DNA of 64,000 nt from Blastocladiella emersonii ATCC 22665 (GCA_025594325.1 JANHCV010000004.1:1240001-1304000); one strand, 5' to 3'. Counted from the first letter of the stretch, positions 13,201-23,235 are shown. The notes: a model not told the origin generated them from the letters alone. Translations and numbers: made by a program.

Positions 13201-14410
13201 CTCTAGCTCCTGCCTTCAGTGATAATCACTAATCAATCGAGTCAATGCAGGCAGGAGATCGGAGCGGGCAGGGCGGCAGGCGCGACCCCCGCGGGGCGAA
13301 CCCCGGGTCCACAGCCGGGCCCGCCCGAACCCTGAAACCCGCGACGCCATCCCACGTGCGCAAGTTTTACCGTAAACCGAGCGGTTTCGCGGCCGGCTGA
13401 CCGTGCTGACTCCTCTCTCTCCCTTGTCTTCAGCGATGGCCCATCATGTAATGAAAACCTGATGCAACGCCCGTTTCATGCCTCTATCATGCGGTGTCTG
13501 GACTTGGACGAGGCGCACCGCAACGCGCGACGTGGACGGCGGCCGACTACGCATGTGTGGCGAGGAGTGCTCGCCGAGGACTTCACATGCGGGCCGAGGG
13601 TGAGGAAGCAGCCGAAACAGTGCATCGATGCAGTCGATGCAGTCTTTGCTTGATTCCGCTTTGAGCCGCTCTTCGGTGCTCGTTTCCGTCGCCGGTCCCG
13701 AAGTGAGTGTCGTGCGCAGCCTCGACCTGCCGTTTGGACAGACCTTCTTCACTTACAATGTCGATATCTCAGTCACCGGAACTCGTTCTCACCAACCGAG
13801 TCTTCTAGACGATCGCTTTGTTGGCCGGCGGGTTTGCCAGGGTATCGCGCTGAACTTCCGCGCCTGCCCCGAACCTTCCTCTCTTAGATTCAACGATGTG
13901 GTTCCGCACCTCGAGACCTAAGTCTAGTACCGCGATTCTTGACGCTTGGCGCTCGCGCTTCTCCTTGCGCTCCCAGCGCTCTTGACCCGCTTCCCGCGCG
14001 GTGTTGATGTGTCGCGACGCCACAGATGCTTCCCGACCGAAGCCAGCATGCACAGTTCAAAGCCCACTCCCTCTCAAACAGTTCAGGGATCGAGAGGTGA
14101 AGTCGGTCACAACTGGTCTCGAGCAGACAGAACCTCGGCTCGTGCGAGCGAGCGAGCGTGATCGGGAACTTGAAATCGCGTCGCTCATCACCGCGTGAGT
14201 GGCTCAGCTCCCACCTCAGCGCTTCGCCGCGACGCTCACACAAATTCAAAAAGTACAGTCTGTAATTGATATTCCGCGTTGAACGCCGATTCCACATTCT
14301 TTCCGTGCGTGTGATGATGTATGCTAAAATGGAGATGGGAGGGGAGGGAGGGGGAGAAGAAAAAGAAGCCCTTTGGACGCGCAAACTCGCGCTATGTACA
14401 CCCACAACAC

Positions 14411-17039
14411 TCAGCCGGACCGCCGCAGCCCGCTCGACGACGTGACCGAGGCGGTGCGGGGTGGCGGGACGGGGAACGCGCCGCCCGCTACCCCCGCCCC
14501 GGGTGGCGGCGCGCTGATCGGGTCGTGGTCATTGGTGGGCGCGAGCGGGTCGACGTCGTGGTCGTTGAGCAGCCGGTCGAGCGTGTCGCGGCCGAGCATC
14601 CCCGACGACCGCTCGCCCGGCTGCCCGTTGCCCAGCAGCCGCTCCAGCGTGTCCGTCGACATGAGCGTCGTCGACGACCGGATCGACCGCGACCCGGTCC
14701 CGTACTGCGACCCCGTCACGGACCCGATGATGGACGGCGGGTGCGGCAAGGGCGGTCCGGTCGACTGCCCGTGCTGCAGCGTGCCCGCGGGACTCGCCGT
14801 CACCGACCCGCCGCCCGCCAGCAGTCGCTCGAGCGTGTCGGTGCTCATGAGCGCCGTACTGCCAGACGTCCGGTCGGTGCCGGCGCGCGACGGCGGGCGC
14901 ATCCCGTTGTTCCCGGGCGCCGCGGGGACGGGCACGGTCCACGGGGCGGGGCACGACGGGCCCGCCGGGTTGGCGGCGGCGGCGGCGCTGCCCTCGGCCG
15001 CAGCCGACGCGTTGCCCTGGTGCGACGCCATGAGCCGCTCGAGCGTGTCGCGGCCGATACTCGCCGCGTCGTGCACGTTGTTGAGCTCGAGGACGCGGTC
15101 GAGCGACATGGCGGTACCGTTCCCGTTGCCGCCGTTGCCGCGCGCCTCGTCGAGCATGCGCTCGAGCGTGGCGCGGCCCGCCTGCACCTCGGACAGCGCG
15201 ATGCCCGACGACGACGCGGCCGAGTCGTTGCTGCGCAGCGTCATGTGCACGTCGCCCGCCTCGTCGACGCCGCCGTCGGGCCGGTCGAGCGAGAACGAGT
15301 CGAGGTTGTGCAGCGCCTGGTACTCGTGCGCGGCCGCCGCCGCGTTGTACCCGTCGGCGCCGGCGGGGACCGAGCCCGTGGCTGCCGCGAGCTCGTCGAT
15401 GGGCTGGTACGGCTGGTACGCGTGCTGCTGTTCGGATCCGGGCACGTACTGCTGCTGGGGGTGCTGGTGGTGGTGGTACATGCCGTCGCCGGCCTGCATG
15501 GGCGGCATCGAGATGGGCCCGCCCGACTGCTGCTGCTGCTGCTGGCCCATGGCGAGCGCGTTGGGCGACGGGATCGACAACATGGCGAACGCGTCCGTGA
15601 CGCCGGGCGAGTGGCCGCCGGCCATCGGGTACGACGCGGGCGGGAGCGCCGAGGGCAGGCCGGGCGAGAGGAACCCGCCCTGGGCGCCCTGCGGCATGTA
15701 ACCCGCGCTCGCCTGCATGAGCGGCGACAGGCTGTACCCCTGCTGGCCGGGAATGTAGGGCGACGCGCCCGCGTACGGCGAGACCATGCCGGCCGGCATC
15801 CCCATGCCCATCCCGGCGGCAGCGGCGGCCTCGCCAGTCGCGTCGAGGTTGGGCGAGGCGGGCTGCTTGGCGGGGTCGATGCCCTGGGCGCGGTAGTACA
15901 CCTCGCAGTCGGGGTCCGAGCGCACGTGGCGCTGCAGGGCGTCGGGGCGCGCGAACCGGTGCTCGCACCGGAAGCACCGGAACGGCTTGTTGTTGTCGTG
16001 GATGGCCATCATGTGCCGCTTCAGGTCGTGCGCGCGGCTGAAGGCCTTGTCGCACTTTTCGCACGCGAACGGCTTCTCGCCGTTGTGCGTGCGCTACGCG
16101 AGGGTTGATGGCGGGCGAGCGTCAGTCGTGCATCGAAGAAGCGAGAGGACGAGGAGAACGTACGGCGTGCTGGCGCAGGTTGAAGGGCCGGTCAAACGCC
16201 TTGCCGCATCCGGGGTGGTCGCAAATGTACCGCTTCTCGAGCGGCTTCTGCTTGCGGACGGCGCCGGTGCCGCCGCCGCTGACGGAGCTGCGGCGGAGGT
16301 TAGCGCCGCCGGGCGCGGCCGCGGGGGCCAGTCCGGGCGACACGGCCTCGTAGCTGCCCGTCGCGGCGGCCGCGGCCATGGCGGCCATCATGTTGGGCGA
16401 CAGCGGCTCGGCGCTGCCGTAGCCGTGGTGGTAGTTGGGCGAGACGGGGCGCGCGTAGGGCGAGGTCTGGTGGGCGCGCGGGTGGCCCTGCGAGGACCCG
16501 CGGCGCGGCGGGCCCATGGGCACAGACGGGCCCATGGACGGCGACGTGACGAAGGTGGCCTGCTGCAGCGGCGAGATGGGCCCGTGGCCGTACATGGACG
16601 AGGACCGCGGCGGAAGCGGGGCGCCGGTGCCGGGTGCGCCGCCGAGGTACGAGCCCGAGCTCGCGTTCGAGTGCACCGACAGGTCCGAGCCGCCCGACGA
16701 CCCGGCGTACTCGTCAGGGAACGACAGCGGGACGAAGGGGACGGCGCCGGGCGACCCGACGGGCGACGACCCGACGACGACGTGCGTGTGGTGCGGCTGG
16801 CGGTACCCGAGGTAGTCGGGGTCAAACGCGGCGTGCGACGGCACCGTCGGCACGGCGCCCGGCCCGTGCGTGTGCGCGTGCATGGCCGCGGCAAACTGCT
16901 GCTGCTGCTGCTGCGCCAGCACCTGCTGCGCCTGCTGCAGGTCCATGCCCGCCGCCGTCAGGTCCGCCAGCCGCCGCTCCAGCGACGGGTGGTTGACGGT
17001 AATCTGCGGCGGCTGCAGAAGCGAGCCGCTCGACTGCAT
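14411..17039 (-). CDS. C2H2 zinc-finger transcription factor, Crz1/CrzA-like
   Basis: Removing intron 16094-16163 gives three fingers: CDHPGCGKAFDRPFNLRQHARTH, CEKCDKAFSRAHDLKRHMMAIH, CFRCEHRFARPDALQRHVRS. These resemble the Crz1 finger pattern. A PxIxIT-like PQITVN lies near the N-terminus. Confidence 0.85.
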
Positions 17040-17640
17040 CGTGGTGGCGGTGGTGGTGGGGTTGGTGCGCTCGGTGGTGGGGAGGGGGATGAGGCGACAG
17101 CGCTGTCGAGGTGCGCGAGGGTCGAGTTGGTGGTGGGGGCAGATGGCTGGCCCTCGGCGGCAGTCGGTCGGTCGGTCTAGCTCGCTACACGGCGGCGGCG
17201 GTGCACGGTGATGGAAGGCGGAGAGCGGAGCGGAGATGAAGTCGAAGGAGACGGGGGAGAGCGGGGACCGGGCGGTTAGCGCTTGCTCCGACCGTGGGCC
17301 GGCCGACAGCCGAGGGAGGGAGCGAGACCGACAGCCAGCCAAAAATGAGCGCCGTGACGTGACGTGCGTGCACTTGATGTACGACGCGGGGCTTGGCCGT
17401 CGGCGCCGACGCGCAAGTGGCGCACTGCGAGCAGCGACCGCAGAGGCGCGTCCCTCGTGAAGATGAGAGTACCAACCTGACGTGAGGAGACGGCGTGGAA
17501 CGCGGGTGCGGTGCCAGTGCAGCAAGTAAGCGCGACGGAGAGTCGGGTCCGATGGCCGGCGGGGGACGGATGCGGGCGAGCCGGGTCGGAGAGGGAGAGG
17601 AGAAGAGCGAGAACGCGGGACGGGCGGGGCCTCCCCTCCC

Positions 17641-17648
17641 TTTATATA
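17641..17648 (-). promoter_or_regulatory. TATA-box-like element upstream of the C2H2 gene
   Basis: TATATAAA on the minus strand in otherwise very GC-rich DNA, about 600 nt upstream of the proposed ATG at 17039. Confidence 0.4.
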
Positions 17649-18714
17649 TCTGTTTGTTCCCCCCGACATCAACTCATTCCCGCCGGCCTACGCCACCCTT
17701 ACCCGATCGACTCGGCCTCGGGTTCAGGCTCAAGGGGCGGGAGGCAGCGTAGAGTGCGCGTGGGAGGCACAGACAGGCAGGTTGCGCCTCAGGGCAGTTG
17801 GGCGCGCCCGGTGGCCAGCCCCCCTCGCCTTCGCTGCACCCTCTGTTCCGTTCCGACCTTCTCCATCTCTCGATCCCTGAAGCCCTCGTACATGCTGCAG
17901 CGCCCGCGGCTTGCGTGGAGTTCCCATGCCCGCTGCATTCTGCCCGCCTCGTGGCTCGCCCCGCGCTCGCGCGTCGATCCTCATCCTCGACATCAAAGGG
18001 CACTCGCGTGCGAGCCTCCGCGAGCTTGACCGTGAGTCGACTTCGACGAGAAGCAAGGGAGGACGCAGCGGCCTTCTATCCGTGGCCCGCAACGGCTCTC
18101 AGCAGCGGCCGCCGTTGCTATCGTCGTCGTGACGGACAAGGGCCGTGGCCGTGGCCGCGGCCACGGTTCGTTTGCTTGCAAATCGCTCACGCGGGAGACG
18201 CTCCGGCCGGCCGGTGCGCTGTGCTGCGGTCCGCTGCGGTTGATCCACTGGCGGGCGTGTTGCGCCTCTCCGCTGCGCGGCCGCGTAGAGTGGCGCAGCG
18301 CGTTGCCACGCCCTCGCTCGCGCCCGACCGCAAATCAGGGGTTCAATCAAGTCGCGAGTCCCCGGGGACGCTGATTTGGATCGATGGTGAGAGAAAGCAC
18401 ACAAGTCCCTCAAGCGACCAGCGAAAGAAATGCGTCGGCAGCTCGTCGTGAAGGAGGTCACGACCACCGAGCGGTGTCCAAAGTGGAGTTCATGGGCAGG
18501 AGGCAACCAGGACCAGTACCTTCGTGCCCCGGACGCGTTGCATGGGGTTATGCTGCTGTGCATGGTCGAGGAGATGAGAAGGGGGAGCAGACGCGGAGTG
18601 GGATCTGTGCCACGGTCAGCTGATGCAGCGCTTCGGCCAAAATGTAGGGTGAGTTTCCGATCCCTCCTCCCCCGAGATCAACGAAGCTAGATGCAGCGCC
18701 CATGCTAGAAACCA

Positions 18715-21700
18715 ATGGAACCTGATGCAATGAGTTATGCCTTAATGGATCCGGCGACGCCGCTTGTCCCGCCGACCGCGTCGTATATCTTGGACCGCGC
18801 CGTGCCGACCGCCGATCGCGACGCCTTGGCCCGCCGTGTTCGAGAGCGCAAGCTTCCCGGCAATGCCGCTTTCAACAGCTGGGTCCGAGGCCGCGACGCC
18901 GTTATGCGCCGGCTTGCGGCCGAGGCGGAGCTTGCTGTCCAACGTGGCGATTTGGAGGCCGCCGCGCGTCTTGCTACGGATCGCGCCAATGTTCAAGCTG
19001 AGATCGACGTGTGGACTGCCGTTCGTGAGGAGCTTTGCGTACGTTATTGGCCCTTTCTGTGCTCCATTCTCGCCAAACCTCACCGACCGATGAGTTACAC
19101 TATAGACATCCAATCGGCCTCGTGAGCCTGCTTCTGCTCCCATCTCGTTTGACCTCAAGGGTCCGGCTTTTACACCGCCTGCTGACGCCATCGTCGACAC
19201 GCCGGAGCTGCTCGGTCAGTGGGAAACCATGAAGCCGCGAAACTTGCCTAACCTGGGTCCCGTCCCCGCCGACGCCCTCGACCCGGAGGGCTTGCAGCCG
19301 CGCGATGTCACGCTCCCCGACGCCGACGCGTTGCGCTACTGCGCCGACCTGACCCTCGCCGTGCGCACCTTCTCGCCCGACGAGTTCTTCGCCGAACAGA
19401 TTTCGATGCTTCTCCCCATCGGCGACGGAAGCGACGAGTTCGAGGAGCTGGTATTCACCCACGACGAGGTCATGGTTGTCCTTGGCGATGCCTGTCGCTT
19501 CAACGACAAGCTTCTCGCTAACGCCGTCAAGCTGCTCGACATTTGCGCGGAGATTTCCCTGCGCGAACGAGTCGACTTTGACGTGTCGCCCGAGATCGTC
19601 GAGACTATGCTCGCGTGTCTCACCGACGACGACTACATCGACGGCCGCATCGCGGTCTCGTGCGAAGATTTTTCTCAACTCGACGGAGCTGTCAAGACCT
19701 ACTATGCCAAGTACGGTTCCGATGGCTGTCTGCCGCTCCCGACGGGCTACTCGCGCACTCTCCGCGACCTCGCTTACATCTTTCTGGCCAATATCCTCCG
19801 CAGCCTCTTCCAACACGTCAAGAACCAAATGTCGCATGTACTTATCGCCATTTACACGCGGTTTCTGGAAGCGGTCGCGGCTGAACCCGCCTACCAGCGG
19901 TCGAGTTTGCCGCTGGAGCCGTTGGCCTTGCAACGAGCAATCACGCATCTCCGCTACCTTACTGCCGATCATCCCCGGCTCTTCCCTCCTTCCCAGGGGC
20001 GCGCGTGGCTCCGGTGCCGCGGCTTATGGGATACGAATGACGCTCTGGGCGACAGCGACGCAGCGGTCGCGCCTTTGTGCAACGTCAGCAGCGCCATGAC
20101 GCTCGAGGAATCCATCATGGTCAACGCGCTCGACCTCGATCCTGATGACCAGCGTCTTTTTGAGCTCCGCCCGCTCATCACGTTGCTTGACCGTCTTCGC
20201 GATGCTTCCAAGTGGCTCGTTTCGGAGCGATGGGTCGAGCCGGACTTTACTGTGCCCACTTCGTTCGCCGACTTCTTCCCCAAGTCTACGCACCACGGCT
20301 TTACGGTAGCCGCCGTCTATGAGCTGCTTTCCGGGACCGCTGCTCCAGACGAAACCGCCCCTCCTCACCCGATCCCGCTCACCGATGCCACTCAACAAAA
20401 GTTCGACACGGGCATCGCTCCGCCGAAGGTTTACCAAAAGGTCGCCGCCCGACTCGCCCGTCGCGCGACCGCGGCCAAGGCGCAATGGGACGAAATCTTT
20501 CTTGATGCCGAGGGGATCGTGTCGCCTTCCGTTTTGTGGAAGTGGGACGGCAGTCATCTCCACAACCACTTTTACGGCTACTTTGCGACTGATGGGAGCA
20601 GTATCCATGCGCTTTTTGTCGAGGCCGGGATGCGGCCCCACGGCCCCGCTCGCGACGACGCCAAACTTGCTCGCGTCGTCAGCGATTGGGTCGGCGCGGC
20701 AGACTCGGACGGCTACGCGGGTCGTCTTGCCGCAATTGGCGGCCATCTTCCAGCCGTCTCGCAGCCGCGCTTCCGCGGCAAGGGCTTCCAGGACCCCGAC
20801 TCGCGCGACGTGCACGCCGGCCGTATCCTTCTGCCCGCCAACTGGAACGTCGTGGTGATGCTACCAGGCCACACCCAGCTCACGGCGCGCGTCGTGTCGG
20901 CCGGGCTCATCGCTGAGCTGCAGCGACTCGTGCGCGCGTATCGCAGCGACCTGCCCGCGCGCGTGCATCACACCTACGATATCAGCAACGACTTTGAAGT
21001 CTCGCTTAACCGGCTGAGCAAGGTTGCTCGGGACGCCGCAGCGCTTATCAACGCGCACGGCGTGCTTGCTGCGAAGCTCGGCGGCGCGCAGGCCGGGTTC
21101 GACTTTGTCATGGGCAAGGTCCGCGCGCATGTCGAGCAGGCGCGCGCCAAGGCGACGGCCGACTTCAAGGACCAGTTCATTGCGCGCGAACTCGAGCACA
21201 CGCTGATCAACGCGCTTGCGATTGCGGCGGGCTCGCCGGCCACGGTGAATATCGCTTTTCCCGCTGGATTTGCGCCGCTTCACGACGTCATTGCCTTGGC
21301 CGATGCAGCTCGGGCCGCGGGCACGCCTTTGAAACTGGAGCTCTCATACGACGATCGCCTTGACGACGCCGACGACAACGACGATCCGTTCGTCGAGCTG
21401 ACCCCCGCGGCTGCGGGCGCCCTCATTGCTCGCAAGGCGATCAGCTGCGTGGTCGTATCGAACATGCATTTTGCGCAGCGCAAGACGCATCGAGCTGCCG
21501 ACGACCTGCTCGCCAAGTTCACGGGCGACGCGGCCGCGGTCGCGGAGCTCGAGCGGTGGCTTCGTCTTCTCGCGCTGCAGCACGTGACGACGGGCGCGCA
21601 CAGCCTCGCGCAGCACCCGATCAACGCGTTCTATGACCCGACGACGCTCGTCAACAAGCCCGCCGCGCTCGCGCAGCTCACGGACGCGTGCCGCGGCGCT

Positions 21701-22033
21701 GTGGTCCTCATGGGCGATCGGGAGCAGTTTGCGGGCTCTCGCGTGCACGCGGTCGCCAAGGGCGTCACGGCGCACCTGCGCGCCGGCGGCGTGCACACGC
21801 ACCTCGTCAACGAGGAGTACGCGGCCAGGTGGTGCGCGGTCTGCGTTGCGCTCAACCCGACGGCCGCGCCCAAGGGCGAATGCGACCTCGTCGTGTTGCC
21901 TGATCGCGACACTGTGCGGTGCCCGAGGTGCCATCTCGACGTCGGCCGCGACGTGAACGTGGTGCTCAACCTCCTCATGTCCTCGCTGGACCAGTTTGTG
22001 ATCGTTCCCGCGCAGCCCGAGTTTGCGCTGTAG
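18715..22033 (+). CDS. Fanzor1/TnpB-family RNA-guided nuclease homolog, two exons (18715-19038, 19106-22033), about 1083 aa, RuvC-I apparently degenerate
   Basis: The 934-aa ORF contains HFYGYFATDGSSIHALF (WED), NVVVMLPGHTQLTARV (RuvC-I-like), AVVLMGD, LVNEEYAARWCAVC, RCPRC and GRDVNVVLNLL. Intron 19039-19105 (GTACGT..CTCAC..TAG) joins the 18715 ORF in frame through 41 stop-free codons to ATG 19229. Confidence 0.85.
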
Positions 22034-22104
22034 CGGGCCTTGCTCCGGTTTTCGTTTGCTCATACATGGACGTTTTGTTCTTCTCGAATTCGCTTTTTGC
22101 TCGA

Positions 22105-22190
22105 GCGTGCGTCCTACGCGAGGGACGAGCCGCGAGACGCGTTGCGCCACACCGCGCGCGCGGCTTCGCACAATCACTCAATATTGTTCA
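22105..22190 (+). ncRNA. Candidate omega-RNA (scaffold plus guide) of the Fanzor-like gene
   Basis: Hairpin CGTCC/GGACG (22110-22127) and stem AGCCGCG/CGCGGCT (22128-22165), followed by CGCAC (22167-22171), which can pair with GTGCG (22107-22111) or TGCG (22143-22146). An abrupt switch to AT-rich sequence follows. It starts about 70 nt after the stop codon. Confidence 0.5.
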
Positions 22191-22755
22191 CTTTTCATTG
22201 AAAGTCATGAACGTCGCCGAATTCGCTGAGCTTGGTAAGGATGGGCTCTGCTCGTCAATAGCGATCCAAGGCCACGAGGGGCTCGTATGTTGGACCTGCG
22301 GTACCAAATGCACGCCGCGGTGATGCTAGCGATGATCGTCCGCGTCCTCGTTTGTAAGCATGAATTGCCTTGGCACTTAACAATTTCCTTATAATGCTGA
22401 TGTTTTTTTAGAGCCCCCTAAGGTCCACGAGAGAAAGCTTTGGATACGGTTGATGAGGGGTTGGTTGAGGATTCGGCCGACGAGGATGAGCTTGACGCTC
22501 CACGCCAGATCAACCTGCGACGGACCACCACCACTGAACGCGGCTCAGTGCGACATGAGTGAGGGCAAGCTGCTTGGCAGTCGCGGCCACGGCCACGCGT
22601 TCTTCATACGCGGCCCGCAGGTCGGCGAGTTGCAGGTGGATATCCGCTCCGCACTCAAACAGAAGTTCCCAAGACTTGAGTTGGTCTCGCTGAAATCAGA
22701 CGTGGCGCCGCTGATTTGCGGCACGGGCACGCGGAACGCTGTCAATCTTGCTCGT

Positions 22756-22833
22756 GGCCGCCGTCAAGGCGATGGCCATGGCCACGACCACGACCATGGC
22801 CGCCGTCAAGGCGATGGCCATGGCCACGACCAT
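22756..22833 (+). repeat. Imperfect tandem duplication (42 + 36 nt) built from GGCCAT/GACCAC-type hexamers
   Basis: GGCCGCCGTCAAGGCGATGGCCATGGCCACGACCA occurs twice, adjacent. Confidence 0.9.
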
Positions 22834-23235
22834 GGTCGTAGCCAAGCACATGGTCGGTTGCAACCACGCACTCTGATGCTGTTCTCAGCTATAAAACAAC
22901 TTAACTGCTGAGGCAAAATTTAGGAACAACTGAAACACAATTCAACGACGACCTTTCGGTGGATTATCGCAGTAGATGGCGACAATGATCGATGACCATT
23001 GCCAACCGGTTTGAGGAGCTCGCTCAAGCGGACCAGGTTTTGAGGCACAGGGAAAAATCAGATTATGCTGACAGGATGATTCGCTCGAAAACAGGAAGGT
23101 AGAAACGATGGGGAGCAAAACGATCAAACACTAACGAGGGGGAAACGGATATCTTGAGGCCAGCCGTTCTTGACGAGTTGCCGTGTCGCGCGTCGCCGTG
23201 TTGCGGCCAGCCGTTTCTCGCGCTCGACAATCGAC

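Noticed and set aside
17700-18700. Left terminal inverted repeat complementary to the CGCACAA end at about 22173
   Set aside because: Only short GTGCG matches (for example 17754, 18213) were found, with no extended inverted similarity.
13455-18730. 12-mer AACCTGATGCAA shared at about 13455 and 18719 as possible element ends
   Set aside because: Direct orientation, no extension of similarity, and many 12-mer matches are expected by chance in 64 kb.
22756-22833. Repeat downstream of the Fanzor-like gene as a possible CRISPR-like guide array
   Set aside because: Only two abutting units with no unique spacers; it is a simple tandem duplication.
22194-22911. ORF 22450..22911 and possible small exons (GTAAGG at about 22235, TTTTAG at about 22411) as an accessory gene or transposase
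   Set aside because: No recognisable domain, the ORF owes much of its length to the tandem repeat, and I could not build an in-frame spliced model.
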